DNA of 64,000 nucleotides, taken from contig NW_026262690.1 of assembly GCF_021869535.1 (NCBI RefSeq), forward strand, positions 83,204,001 through 83,268,000, given 5' to 3'. Positions 35,151 to 50,000 of the stretch are shown piece after piece; the stretch's first letter is position 1, and every line of letters starts with the position of its first letter. The notes beneath the pieces were generated by a model. It ran no database searches, was not told the DNA's origin, and was given only the letters and a program-made list of their open reading frames with translations. The position numbers and the translations under genes were made by a program. This stretch comes from Mytilus californianus. Taxonomy: Eukaryota.

Positions 35151-37757
35151 ATTATACTCATGAAATGATGTTTTGTTTTAAAACTTGAATCTAGTTCTAT
35201 GTATCCAGTTTAAAAAAGGAGGGGTGCTGTTAAAGAATGAAATCAACTTGTGCATTTTGTAAAAATAATATTTATGTATAAACATGATACATTGTACTAT
35301 TTTGTATTTATTCATTCATTCACATACTGAACTTTAACAAAGTTATATAGTATGATTTATATGATATAAATAAGAGGTGAAAAGTTAAAAATGATTAAGT
35401 GTTAAGTCATATTATTTTCTCTTATCATTTTGATCATCACTGGTAATGTAAAAAATTCTTTGTCCTTTACAACTGCTAAGAAAGTGTATCAATGGGCAGA
35501 TTTATGATCTGCCAATAAATAGTCTGTTCTAACAGTAAAGTGCCAGTCTTTGTAAGAATCAGGCAATTTTGAAAAAAATCAAAACATGGCCGAAAAAAAC
35601 CCACCAACCTTACCATCCTATTTTGAATTTACCTTCATCCTGAGTTAAAACTAGTAGGTCTTTCCTTTTTGCTTGTCTGGTAATTCGAGAAAATTCTAGA
35701 TAAATTTTGGTTAGAATGATAGCAAATTACAGAGTTAGCTCCCTTAATTGTAATTTCTAGTGCATTTCAATCAAATTATATCTTGAATTACCAGAACAGA
35801 AAAAGGAAACAAATGTTATATTGAAGCACCATTATACATTTTGAACATAAATTAATGTCAACTTAAGTGAGTTTTTTTTGTCATGTTTTCCCCAGTTGAT
35901 TCTTAGGCAGATTGGCACTTATTTAAACTTAATAAATACATTGTTCAGCATTTTAACAGAAAAATAAATGTGATGTAGTTGTCTCCAGGTAGTTCATTTA
36001 GTTTAAAATACAATTATAGATGAAAAAAGATAATTATAGAATAACAAATCAAAATATTCAAACATAGAAACAACACCTTAATTCACAAACGTGTATTATC
36101 ATCCTCAGTTTTCCAAAAATTTCATTAAAATGAATTAGCAAGACTAGGAGATGTGAGGTATACCTCAATGAGACAGCAACTCAATGCCAAAAATAACCAA
36201 AAGACTTCTAGAGGGCAACATACCATCTCTGACGTTATACAATTTTTTCAAGCTCTAAATCTTCCCAAGTCTATAAAAGGAAGTAAATTAACTTAACAGA
36301 AACCATCAAAGTTTTTCCATATACATCCTGCTATTCAAATAAAGAAAACCATTAAGATATGACATACAACATGGTTCCTGACTCTGTACAAGCATATGAA
36401 AATGTGGTAGGGTTTATCTAGTATTTTTAGCTACTAACCCTCCCCCTTTTTAATCTCGATCAGGAGATGAACAAAACATACATAATAGAACATACAATAA
36501 AAAGCAGTACAGGAAAAGCCCTTAACTCTAAAACAACTGTATATCAGATAACAAACACACAAATTAAATAACAAATTATATCCCAATAAAAGAATGCTCG
36601 CAGTAACTGAAAGCAAGCTCAAATTAGATAACCTGCAAAAAAGATACCATGCCATTCTACACATTGTATCAGTTGCTATTCTACATAGAAGATTTAATGT
36701 CATAAACAGTACAGGAAAGCGTGATCTTTTGCAATTACCAAGACAAACTATACAGAGAAAAAAACAACTATTTTAGTATTGCTTCAAATTATGAATTAGC
36801 AAATTGATGTGTATTCCCAAAAATACCAGACTTGGTGACTGAAGAACAACAGTATATGATTATAACCTTCATTAATAAGTTTTAAGCCAAAGAGACAAAT
36901 TTGAAGGACATTCTTATATGTATAAGGTTTATAAACAATATTACAGTTACAAGAGGCTTCTATTAATTAAGATGAACCTTTGTCATCAAACTGTTCAATT
37001 TCTGTTGTGTGTAAATTTATTTTAGATATATCCACATATTCACACTGTCAGCAGCCACATGATTTATTGTTTTTAAGTGAAATAAAAAGCTTAAAAACTG
37101 CATAAGGACCATAAGTGCAACTAGCTGCAATCTTCATTGATTTGAAGTAGAAGAAACAGTTTTTTGTGTAAGAAACTTGAATCTTCTGCTGGTGATGTTC
37201 CTGTAAGGTCCTGTGACCATTACATGTAATATCAAATGACTGAAATTAAAAATTTGAACATATTTCATTTTTTTGCTGCTCTTGATCTTTAAATTAGTGA
37301 TCTCAAAATCAATAGAGAACATTTTCCAAAGGCAATATATCCACTAAAGATCTGAATTAAAGGCCCATTTCTTGGATATTATAAGCAATAGGTCAACCAT
37401 ACCGGTATTCAGTTTATGGATAGATTGTACCTCATTTTCATGATTAAATGATAATGCTTAGTTAATGTATTACTTGAAGTAAAACCTTTATTAATATAGA
37501 CTTTCAACATTAAAATCAATCATTTTTTTAATCAGTAAAGCAGGCAAGATATTTCAGTGTGTGCACTTTTGTATTTCAACCACTTTCTCCTGATGTCTTT
37601 AATAACTATCCAAAGGGCGGTAGTTTAATTAAATTTGTGCTGTCAATCTTCTTTCAAATTAAACCTCCAATGGAAGATGCATATTCCATATCTTGGAAAT
37701 CCTGTCATTCGCATAGATAAAATTCTACATGTACAAAATTTCTGAACATATCAATTT

Positions 37758-40700
37758 TTATTGACAATAATTATTGATTTCTGTCTCTATTTCCTTCATT
37801 TGTGTTAAAACCTCTGTCAGTTTTGTTTCATCCATCTCAAACCGCACAACTTCAGATTTCTGAAAGGAAATATACATTTATTGTTATACAAATACCAATT
37901 CACTATAATATCAGTTATTGAATTATTGGGGTAATAGCTTGATATATTTTTCGATTGATACAGGTTTGTATGAATAACTATCATGACTATATATGTAGGT
38001 TCACAGAATTAAAAGAAAATGTGATGATTTTTTTTTTTATTGAAAAATTACAATAAACTAAAAAAAAATAGGAAAAGGGAGACAACAAATACAGTGTATT
38101 CGCAGTATTATATGATGACAAATTACATTTTGTATGAATTTCAATGGTTTCTTTTGTGAATGTCTTCCAATGCCTGCTAGTTCAAATGAAGATTTTCATC
38201 CAATTGATGCACCTGATCTCGCACTCTTCTGGATTGATGGGATTCCAGCTGTTTTCACTATCAAGTTTGTCTGTTTTCACCAGGACTTGTGATATTTTAA
38301 CAGACAGGTTTACTACTTTCAAAAATGAACTGATGATTTTAACTATCTTATTTATAACAAAAATTTCAAAAATTATGGCTATAACTTCATCAAGTTCATG
38401 TAAATTGATATGAGTACATGTAAATTTAAGAAATGTACATATCTATTTCATTCTTAGATTTTGAATAAGTCAACAACACATTAAAGTACAAGATCACAAT
38501 ACACTTACATTTTCTGGAGAATTTATTTGGAATTCCATTATGGCTGACGATTCATTCATTTGTTCCATGTTCCTAGCTTGAGCTTTTAAATCTATTCTCC
38601 ATAACACATTCTGTAATGAATTATTCCATTTTGTCTTTGCTATGATACTGTCATGAATTTTATTTTTATTATTTTTCCAGAACTTTCGGAATACTTGTGT
38701 TTGTTCTTCAGTTAAAGGGTTTTCTCTGCGTTTAGTTTGTGACACTAGAAATGCATCTAATTGATTGAAATCCATATCAGCTGACACCATATTCTGAAGA
38801 AAAAAACAATTATTTACATGCTTTAAAGAAAAATTTCATTCATTTGAAATATTTTGCTTCTATCAGATGGAAGACAGATCACCCCCCACATAGTTGAAAC
38901 CTATGAATTGAAAATTCTGACTTTTTGAAATAAAAATTATCAAGAAAGCTGAGCATGAATTTAAAATTGTGTTATTGATAAATGTATAGAGCAGTAGTAG
39001 AAAATTGTTATAGTTTATTGATATTGCAAAAAATAAAATCTAAACAATCAAATGAATAATGTAAAACAACTTTTTTAAATGCAAATTAACAAAAGTAACA
39101 GAAAATAAATAATTTTACATCTTAAAATGTATATATTTCAAGAAAAAACTACAATGATCATGGCATATAGTGTTTGCAGTACAAGGACTGGCTTTAAGCT
39201 CGGACAAAAAAGAAATACATATCTCTCCTTTATGTCCATAGTTCCTCCTTATTAAAATGGCTGCTTATAATTTAATCAGGAACAGATATTATGACATTGT
39301 CTATAACAAAGTTTTTAGTGGAACATCTGTTTATATGGTGACAGCTAAACCTAGGATTGAAGATTAACAGGGTAGTGATCGGTGCTTGAAAACCATTTTA
39401 ACCCTGCTACATATTAATCAGGTTGGGGACAACCCAACTAATGGGAACTATTCCCCAAATGAGTAACAATCCTTTAATTGAACAATCATTTGATAGTGCT
39501 AAAAAACAAGATTTTCTTCACGGAGTCTGTTTGTCAAGGAATAGAATTTCCTTCATAATATAAGTTCCAAATGGAAACAGTATTCTGGAATATTATTTCC
39601 ACTGGAATAAATATTACAGTGGAACTTCTGTTAGGCGGAACAAATATACGTTGACATGTTTACTAAAAGTGGCTCAAATTTATAGAAAATGAAACAACTT
39701 CTTTCAAAGAACCATATTTTCATTTTAGGTTTTAAATAATTTCATGAAGTTAGCAGTTTAATAGTAGCCTTGAAAATTGTGAATTTTTTGAAATTTTCAT
39801 AGGCTTGTAACTTCTCTGTAGATCTGGTTAGGGCTATTCATCTTTTGGTGAAATTTGCTGCATTTTGCATTAAAATGTGCAATTTCAAGTATGAAATGTA
39901 TATATAATTTAAAAAACAGTTTCTTAACACTAGAAGATTATCCCTCATTTGAGAGATCATTTTTTCATTGGGGTTATAATTCTCCATTTGGCAGGTTGTT
40001 CCCAATCAGTTTTTGTGTCAGGCCTAAATCTATCTTACATTGTCCTTTGTTCAATGTTGTTACAGCTTAATTTTTAGGGTAGATCGTTAAATTCATACAC
40101 AACTTTTCTTGATTCAGGGCAATCAAAAGTAAAACACTTTCTTTTTGAAGACCATAGATTCAAGATTCAGATTCAATATCTTATTAAATTCTAACCACTT
40201 GTATAACATAAAACATTCAAGTGCACATATAAAACATAGCGTATAACCAGAGACATATATAACATAAAAAATTCAAATACATATATAAAACAATTATAGC
40301 ATATATTAAAACTATAAACTAAAATATCATTATAGTTCAAATACTAAAACATATACAAGTGCCATATTAAGGCATATATGGACCTCTAGAAGTCGTTTGC
40401 ATTTGGTATTTATCTGTTGTAGGGTTGCTGTCTCATTTACATAAATATATACAGCAAATCTTCTTTTGTTTATTTTATCTTACATTTTTGTATGTGGCTT
40501 TATGTCTATTCTTATATCTATAAAATAATAAATAAATAAAAAAAAACATCCAATAACAAAGAATCACTCAAAAATTTAAAACCCATATCTAAACATGTAA
40601 AAAAGGTCTTCCTAAATAAATTTGGAAAAGGGGGCGTGTCATGACAAACCTTCATTAAACCTGTGCATTTTGTAATCAAACCACTTGATTCCTCTTTTGG

Positions 40701-40817
40701 CATATCTGGGTAAATTTGTGAGAGAAGGAAATCGTCCGACAACTCTTCCTCTCCATAGTAAGTTCGTCTTGCAATACCATTCAGCAAAGCAAGAAGCTTC
40801 TTGGCCTCGTCCCCCAT
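37758..40817 (-). CDS. COMMD1: COMM domain-containing protein 1 (copper metabolism MURR1 domain), 184 aa, complete
   Basis: Exons 40817-40650, 38793-38509 and 37859-37758, both introns phase 0 and GT-AG. Translates LLNGIA..SQIYPDMP..SADMDFNQLDAFLVSQTK..KFWKNNKNKI..WRIDLKAQAR..FEMDETK, matching COMMD1. Confidence 0.95.
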
Positions 40818-41077
40818 CTTCTCCAAAGCAACTTGTGAAAATAGCTAAAAACCGAAAATGTGTGAATGGTGACTGTAGACCTCAACATAAGATATATTTT
40901 CCCATTTAATATAGATTTTCCCATCAGTAAAGACTTTAACTACTATTATAATTTCTAAAGAAATTAATCTTTAATTTTAAATAATTTGTGAAAGAAAATC
41001 ACAAAAAATCGACGGTTTAATTGTTTGTTCCCTGTCCAGAGTGTCGGACTCAATTTATGTCATCCACATTTGTTTCA
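40818..41077. promoter_or_regulatory. Bidirectional promoter region shared by COMMD1 and INTS7
   Basis: Only 260 bp separates the divergent ATGs, so both TSSs must lie here unless an untranslated first exon exists elsewhere. YY1-like caATGGCGG motif over the INTS7 start codon. Confidence 0.7.
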
Positions 41078-44000
41078 ATGGCGGCGCCCATGCAAACTGT
41101 TCTTTCTCAAGATAATATTTCATCTGATCAAGAACAGGATGCTAATTTGGCATTTTCCGAGTTAGATAAAGGTTGTATTACGATCTTTTGTTTGTTTGAC
41201 ATCGGACTATTGAATCTTTATGCTAAGCACTCTTCCACAGTACAACAAACATATTCTTATTCGAGTTCACCCCAAAATTTAAGAGTTTTCTGTTAAAAAG
41301 AGAGGGAAGATACCAAGGAATAGCTCATAAGTCGAATAAAAACAGACCATGGTAAAATAGAAAACTTTCAAAAAACAAACAGTCCAAAAACACCACCATG
41401 TACATAGAGTGCTAGACTAACCCTAAAACATTATTGGATTCTGTGTCCACAGAGTCACAGTAGTTGGCAAAGAATTCCAAAAGGAATTTAACAAACTCTG
41501 TCAAATTGGGTTGGGAGAGAGTGTTGATCTCAGGTTGTCTTGAACTAATATGAGGCAGGTGTTACCTGTGAAAGGGGACGAAGTCCGTATAAATTATTTT
41601 TTTTAATTCAAGCATATTTTTAACTCCAGAATCTGTTAAGAAAGAAACGGAAATACGGAAACGTTTCCAATATTGGTCCTGTTCGTAGGGATATTCGTTG
41701 TGACATCTTTTTTAATGTAAACAAAGAAACTCTCTATGATTTCATTAGTACAAATGTATTATGATTTTTATATTGATTTTGAGTTCTATTGATTTGCTTA
41801 CTGTATAAGGCACGTCCCCATAATATTTTACTCAAATCCCGAGATAAACAATATCAGAAAAGATTTCTGTGCAGATGCAGGAAAATAAAAAAAGTTAGAA
41901 AAAAAAAGTTAACGATTTTGAGTAGATTGATTTATTTTTTTTTTTTTTTTATATTGATTTTTCTACTGTAATAATAGCTTCCCCATATGAGCAGTACCTT
42001 TATGTGTGGTTCAGTCTTGTAAAAATATCCTTTACAACTTGAATTAGAATGTTATTGTACCCTCTTGTAATAGTACAACCATCACCATATTCACTGTATT
42101 CGAATGTACATTATTCAACCCTACTTACTGAAATAAAATATGAGGCAAGTTTTATTTGTGGTCCTCTATTAATTTTAACATTTATCTTGGGGTAACTTGC
42201 CACGAAGTTGGACATACCTTTGAGTCAGACATTTTTAAATCATTTTAGCATCATGACAAGATAAATTCAATATTGTGTTATTGGTACAACATAATTTTTT
42301 TAATCTGCATTTGCTGATAAATACTTATACAACTAGATTATATTCATACTTCCTTTTTAATATGTTTGAAAATTAATTTTTTGGCTGCTTGGATGCTCTT
42401 GATTGGTCAACAAATTAAGTACATTGTATGTTAAGTATCATATGATTTTTTTATAACTTTTATTAGGTTTGAGATCACCAAAGATTGGAATACAATGTGA
42501 ATCCATTGTAAGATTTCCGAGTCTGTTTGAGAAATATCCATTCCCTATCCTGATCAACACTGCATTCCTTAGATTGGCAGATATTTTTAGGAATGGGTAT
42601 GTTTGTGATCATGGCTAGGACTGTCAAAATCTCAAATTAGAGTATTATTTGAATAAGAATTTTATATGTTTATATTTTGTACTGATAATGACTGAAGAAA
42701 GGAGTAATGTTAATACAGAAATCCTTCAATTGAAAAAAAAACTTCGAAATTTGTATTGATTGAAATTCTCATGTGCTTACAGTTCAAAACAATCCCATAT
42801 TTGTAATGTTCATACATATAATAATAATGTAATACCATTATGTTTTAGAAACAATTTTTTGCGATGGTGTATCTTGCAAGTAACCGAACAAAGCAAAAAA
42901 CATTTGGAGAAAATTTTAAACATAGATGAATTTGTGAGGAAGATATTCTCAGTAATTCACAGCAATGATTGCACTGCAAGAGCTTTGACCCTAAGGTAAG
43001 TTGCATTCAGATTTTATAAAAACTATAAAAATAAAGATATTTTGACTATGAGTGTGAAGACTTTAATCAAAATTATAATGTAATTATTTTATACAGGGTT
43101 CATTATCTATTCACCTCAAATTTCCAAACATGAACTATCCCTGAAGTGATCATTTGTCCCATTTAAACCAAGCTTGTTTCAATGTTAAGTTATTGATAAA
43201 AGTACATTGATGTGCTTAATGGTGAGTTACGGATAAAGTTTGCATTTTGTTTTGTCTGGTTACAGATGACATACTTTTCACTGAATTATGACTTGGAATT
43301 TGGTAACATGTAGGACCATTTGTCATTATTACACACAACTAATATTGCTAATGACTCTCAACATTTTTCTAGAACCCTTGCTAACCTTGCCAGTATTATA
43401 ACTGAAAGGAAGAATGTTCACCATAGCATTGTGAATGGTTTTGATTCCAACGATGCAGTCGAAGTGGATGCTGCTGTTTTTGCTGCTGGGAAATTTGCCG
43501 AACAATCAAGGTTAATATTTAGGAAACTGTAAATAAATATATGCTGTGATTCATTTACTTTTGTGGATACAAATTTTTGTGGTTGAGGAAAAACTACCTT
43601 TTCATGGATATTTGATTTTGTGGTTCTGCCAAAGTCTACATACAAGCATATAGAAAATTTGTACTTTGTTGAACATTTAAATTTTCGATTTGTGGTTTAT
43701 CTATACCCATGAAATCCTCGAAAATTGGTATCCAACGAATAATAATGAATCCACAGTACTTAGTTTTAAGAAAATATAGTTAATAATATAAAAGTTTCCT
43801 CCTAATTGCTTTAGTTTTCTTTATATATATAATTATGTAAGAACTGAAATAAAAGGTGGGAAGCCAGAAAGGATATCAAGGCTATGAGATCTGAGAGATC
43901 AGTTGGACAAAATTAACATTTTTTTATTGTGCACTTTGAAAATAATTATGGTGAGTAGGTCATTCAGGTTTTACATGAATTGAATATTTTATACATGTTA

Positions 44001-47000
44001 AAAGAGGTAGAAAGGAGGAAGTTTATTATTTTTTTTTAACTATATGCACATTTGTATTTGGATTTTTTCAGTTCTTTTGCTGCCAGTATCTGTAACAATT
44101 TATCTGACATGATTCAAAACATAGCAACACCAGTTGATTTGAAGTTACAGTTAATACCCATACTACAGCACATGTATCATGATGTGCAAACATCATCTAA
44201 GGTAAAATATAAGGTCACACCTATTTAAGGTATGAGGACATTTTTTTTCTCGAGTATAATCTTATTTCTCATGGGCTTTGGTCAGTCCTTAATAGCAATT
44301 TTCAATCATAAAAAGCATTCAAAATTTATAAACTGCTTGATTTTAAGTTTAACCTTTTGTCGTTGGTATTTGTAAACCAAAGTGTTGACACTTAAAAGCT
44401 CACCAGCATTTCTATCATTTGTTATGAGGTTGAAGTTGTTTTAAGATTTCAACCCAACATTTTGATTCGTATCATTAATAGTATCTAATTTTCTTTTGTG
44501 ATGGGCATAACATAACAAATTAATATTTTTAATAAAATTGAAGATGTTTGAATAGAAAAAAATGAATGTGGTATATTAATTCATTTCACATAATCTCTTT
44601 AATTGCTGTTCTTCATCTTAAAGACACAGGGAGGCTTTAACATGGAGCAAAAGCTCACAATTCACTGCATATTCAAGACAACCCTGGCACCAATTTAAGC
44701 AAAATCTTTGCTAGAAGCCATGATTTACGTTAAGATATAAATTTTGAATATCACTTAGTATTACTATGATATGCTCGCCACGATATAGCCTTTTGGTGCT
44801 GATGTGTCATATAGCAATCACTAATTCATTGATATATTTAGCAACTTAATTTGAAAGTCTTTGTAATATTTTAAATGTCATCTTTCACAGGCAAGACAAG
44901 TGTGTTTGGAACTGCTATCCAGTTTGCCCTCACAGAAGTTTGTCATTAGGACACTACAGACAATGACAGCACTGGCCTGTCAGTCATTGATTGATGTTCA
45001 ATCACAGGTTGATCTATTGATCAGTCGAGTCACTGATGATCCAAGACAATCGGTCAAACTCATAGCTCTAAAAGATCTAAATTGCCTAGCAATGAAAGCA
45101 CCTCAGATGTGGAAATATTCATCTGTAAAGGTATTGTATTGATTTTTTTAATTCTGTTAGATTAATGGCAATAAAGAATTCAATTGGTATATATTCTTGA
45201 CAAATATTTAATTCTTTTTTTTTTTTTTTATTAAAAACACTTTGAAAGAAGTATATATGTGGAAATACTCATCACTAAAGGTGAGCTAAATGAAAACATT
45301 TCAGCTTTCTTAATATCATTGGTTATACTTTCAGAGTCTTATAACAGTTGTACTGCAAGCCAAATCCACAGCTGTTAAGATTGCCATACTAGAAGTCCTA
45401 GGAACATTAGCAAAATCTGTAGCATTTCATCTCTTTCTTACTCATGATGGTACGTATATCAAATAAAATCAGAATATTCCATTGCATTTTGATTTGTTTG
45501 GTCAATGATATTAAGATAAACAATACTTAGTTCCTAGATAGTCTGTTTCACCTTGTCTTATTCCATTTTATACACAAATGTCACGTGATAACATCAGAAA
45601 TCTATACATTGTCTGCCAGAAAACATCAACATATGGACACTGTCACCTTACGGAAGGTTTTCATGAGGGTGAGGAAGTCAACTAGAGCTTTTTATGCCCC
45701 ACCTAGGGGCATTATGTTTTTCAGTCTGTGCGTCTGTTTGTTCCTCCATCCGTTTGTTTGTTCGTCCGTCCGTTCGTCTGTCTGTCCCACTTCAGTTTAA
45801 AGTTTTTGGTCAAGGTAGTTTTTGATGAAGTTGAAGTCCAATCAACTTGAAACTTACAGTACAAATTTCGCGAAAGGCTTCCCAAACTCCGAACACCAAG
45901 TTTTTTCTTGGTGTGACACCAGGAAACTCCGACATCCCTCCCTAAATTCTCGGAGAAATTTGGGAGTATTCCCTCCGACTTCCGCGTAGATTCGCTACCT
46001 TTTGTTTATTGTATTAGCGGCATCTCTCCTAGTCCGGTGCGACGCAGTGTCACACCAGGTAATTAATTGCCCTAATCCTTCTGATCTATACCGGCACGCG
46101 ACAGTCAAGGTATGTGAGATTACTTATGTAATTAAACAATTGTATTTCCTGTCTATTGATAATCAGGTTATATTTCTGATTGCTTGAAACAAATAAAAGA
46201 TTTAAAAGCAAAACGTTGTTGTTAATTCTTTCAATTACACTGTACATTTAAAAATAGTTTTATTAAAAAAAAAACTATATTTGATTTTTACCTCGTTTTT
46301 TTTTTCTGGTCAGTAAATTAATATTTAATTTATAAAAGAGACATACTTGTGTAAAAATAAACGGAGACTTACGCTGAATAAAAGTGGGCAGTTTAAAGGA
46401 AAATTACATGTCTCAAAGTTTTGTATACAAGTAAAAAAGAAAATATTATTCACTATTCGTTATGCTAATAAGTCCACGCCATTTTCATTTTACGATTACA
46501 TAATTGCTTGAAACAAATTAAAGATTTAAAAGCAGAATGTTGTTGTTAATTCTTTCAATTGCATTAAAGTTTTATAACAAAAACTATACTTGATTTTGAC
46601 CTTGTTTAAGTTCATCGGTAAATTATTTTATTTACGAAAAGAGACATACTTGCGTAAAAATAAACAGAAACTAACGCTGAATATAAAAGTGAGCAGTTTA
46701 AAGAAAATTACGTGTCTCAAAATTTGTATATGCAAGTAAAAAAGAAAATACTATTCACCATTCGTTATGCTTAATAAGTCTACGGCATTTTCTCTTTACG
46801 ATTTGTTGGCATTACTTTAGGATAAATAATTACATTTCGGCTACAACAGGAATACTTCTATAGTTGCATCAACTCGTCGTTGCATAATATTCATTTACGC
46901 ACAATGAATGTAAACTTGTGTGTTGTATAAAGGACAGTGATTTTAATTTTTTTTAAAGAAATTAATTGCCGTCGGAAGACGATACACATCTCAGTGATCA

Positions 47001-50000
47001 ACAGTCCGTGGTTGAACTTTGAACTTGACTTCACTCACAATATTGAATGCTAAAAATAGTGACATCAATTTTGTCCACGAGATTTTTATTTGGCGGGAAA
47101 TATTATCACGTAACAGTAAACTCAGGTGACCTTTCTGGATGACCGTGGGAAAATTCATTCGGGGTTTAAATTTGCTTTGGAATGATTGACATTTGTATGC
47201 CTTAAGATTGAGGCTCTAGAAGGTCCTTTTACAATTAATTAACCGGAATCTAAAATATAATCCTTTTCTGAATAAACGAACACCAGCCTTTTAATTTTAC
47301 ATACCTGGACATTATTTATACGTCCATGGTCAACAATATACATAAATGGTAGATGAAAACAGGATGCATGTCGTTCAGTTCCTGTTGGGCGTTGGTAGAA
47401 ATCCTCTGTGAAAATGTGTAGATCGTAAAAATCCGATCCACATTTTTTTCACATATTTCTTTCTCGTAGAACACGATATAATTTCATTTAAATAATCTAT
47501 AGTATCATAGTATTAATTGTTGAAATGCTTCTTATTTTTATTTCGCCAAGGACTTTTAACGAGCAGTAAAATACGGATTGCGCCCATCCAATTCTATTTT
47601 AAATAATAAAGGATCAATAACAGATCATAACAGAGATAAACAACACATGATTTTTTTTTCTTCATATAATTAAATTAGGTTGTGATTATTGTGTTGTGTC
47701 TGGGCGGGGAATGTCTCTCAGTGTTGTGTTTTTATGAATATAGGGCACATTGCATACAAAACGTTTTCCCTTCATTCAACAGAGTTGTCACTTTACAGTT
47801 TCTTTTCTGAGTTCAAATATTTCAAGTCGGTAATCTACCGAGGTAGTGAAACATAATATTTTACATTGCAAAATAAATTGAAAGTAACAGAGTTCACTTG
47901 TTGATCCGATAAATTAACTCTTGGGTTTAGATTGGACAAATTACCGTAAAAACATCATTTTGTTTTAAGCAAGTTGATATTTATATATTGAACAATTAAT
48001 GAACCGGATATTGCTCACTGAGTAGGTCATAAAAGATTCTAATTGTAGTAAAATCGTCTTTGTTGAAAAAACAAAAATTATGACCTGACCGGACTATAAT
48101 AAAAATACAAAATAAGTGTTTTGTTCGTATTTTTATACGTTTGTACGTTTTATTTCAAATGACAATGACATGGGGCAAATACATACAAGAATAATTATCT
48201 TATTTTGAAAGAAAATGTCACATTTTTATCTGTCAAAGAAAGGAAATTTTAATACCGTGTTTTAAAGCACACAGGTGCAATCAAGATCGATTAAATGTAC
48301 AAAGGTAATAAATCTGGCTAATCCGATTATGTTGTCACGCGTCATTAATTTTCAGTACATCCGATGGGCAATAAACCAATTAACAGCCACGCGGTGTTGG
48401 GAGAGAATCTTTGGAGGAAATTGGGAGTATAATCCGTGAATCGCGGTGTGACACCGCTACACTCCGAAATCCGTGATTAGAGTTCGCGATTACAAACTCT
48501 CTGTGCGTACTGTAGTACACATGTTCCCTATGATATGATCTTTCTAATTTTAATGCCAAATTAGAGTTTTGACACCAATTTTACGGTCCACTAAACATAG
48601 AAAATGATACTGTCCCGCTTCAGGTTAAAGTTTTTGGTCGCTTCAGGTTAAAGTTTTTGGTCGCTTCAGGTTTAAGTTTTTGGTCAAGGTAGTTTTTGAT
48701 GAAGTTGAAGTCCAATCAACTTGAAACTAAGTACAAATGTTCCCTATGATATGATCTTTCTAATTTTAATGCCAAATTAGATTATTACCCCAATTTCACG
48801 GTCCACTGAACATAGAAAATGAAAGTGCGAGTGGGGCATCCGTGTACTATGGACACATTCTTGTTTAGTTGTAAATCTAATTAAATCATAACATTTGCTT
48901 AATTTGCATGTGTAAAAATCTAGGCATGTGCATAGAAAAAATTCACGTGGTGCAACTTTTTCAATCCCCACATTGAAACAACTGTCCCAGAACTCTCCTA
49001 TTCTCATTCCTTCATTGTCACTTCTTTGGCACACATGGAAGACTTAGTATGTAGTGATAAGGATGCATCAGAAGGACGGTAGGTAATATCATATGCTATT
49101 TTATGCAAATAACATATAAAGAAGCTGCCTCAGGCTACTGGTGAATGATGAATAGTTAATCCTTTTAATTCCAATATTTATTTTCAGTATCAGCAGCAGA
49201 CATGCAGAAAATACAGGAAGTGTGTAATCTATGTTATGTATCTCAGAACCCAACATTGTCAGCCAAAGCCATGGAGTTCTACACAAACATTGCCATTTGT
49301 TTCAAAAGTTTCAGTATGTAATTATTTTAACACTTGACTGTATTGATCAGCGTTAATGTCAGGTGGTTCTTAAAAGGAAAAGGCAAACTTTATAACTGTT
49401 AAAATTTCAACAGTTTGTTTGTATGACTAATAAATTTTGGTTAATTTTCTGACATATGTTTCTTAAGATATGCATATTCTAGATGTTATTTATAAATTTC
49501 AATGACATATTTATTGCAACTATTTTTCAGTCCTATGTTTTTTTCTTCAATTTATAAGATGATTTAAAACTACTTCATGAATTTGTTTGAAATTTATTCA
49601 TTACTGTTATGACGAAATATTGTTTTATGCATACCTGGAAATATTGCATTTTTTTGGACAGAGAGGAAATTATTTCGTTTGGACCAGGACCCAGTAGAAG
49701 GGGCTAGACTTGCAATAACAACACAATGCTGTTTATCAGTTTGGGGTACAACAAAAGAAGATAAAAAAGTTCTTAAGGTAAAACCGTCTATCAGAAAGAA
49801 GAAAAAGTAAAGTTTAATGTCTTATGTAGAAATTGTAGAAAGCTGTTACATGGGGTAAACTTTTTTGCATTTTAGGAGTGGAATTTCATCCACCAAATTA
49901 AATTGTATTTAAAAGTTAATTAATAAATTCAAAGTTTTTTGCGCAAATAAGAAATATGAAAAGATATGGTGATCAATACTAAAAAGGATTTGATTTGATT

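Noticed and set aside
42025-42033. ATATCCTTT, a perfect AT-AC U12 donor motif in INTS7 intron 1
   Set aside because: No upstream exon or matching branch site/AC acceptor was found, and exons 1 and 2 already join in frame through a GT-AG intron.
41995-42104. Minus-strand peptide EYSEYGDGCTITRGYNNILIQVVKDIFTRLNHT, faintly reminiscent of flavin amine oxidases
   Set aside because: Too short, ends in a stop and has no supporting neighbouring exons. Chance similarity cannot be excluded without a profile search.
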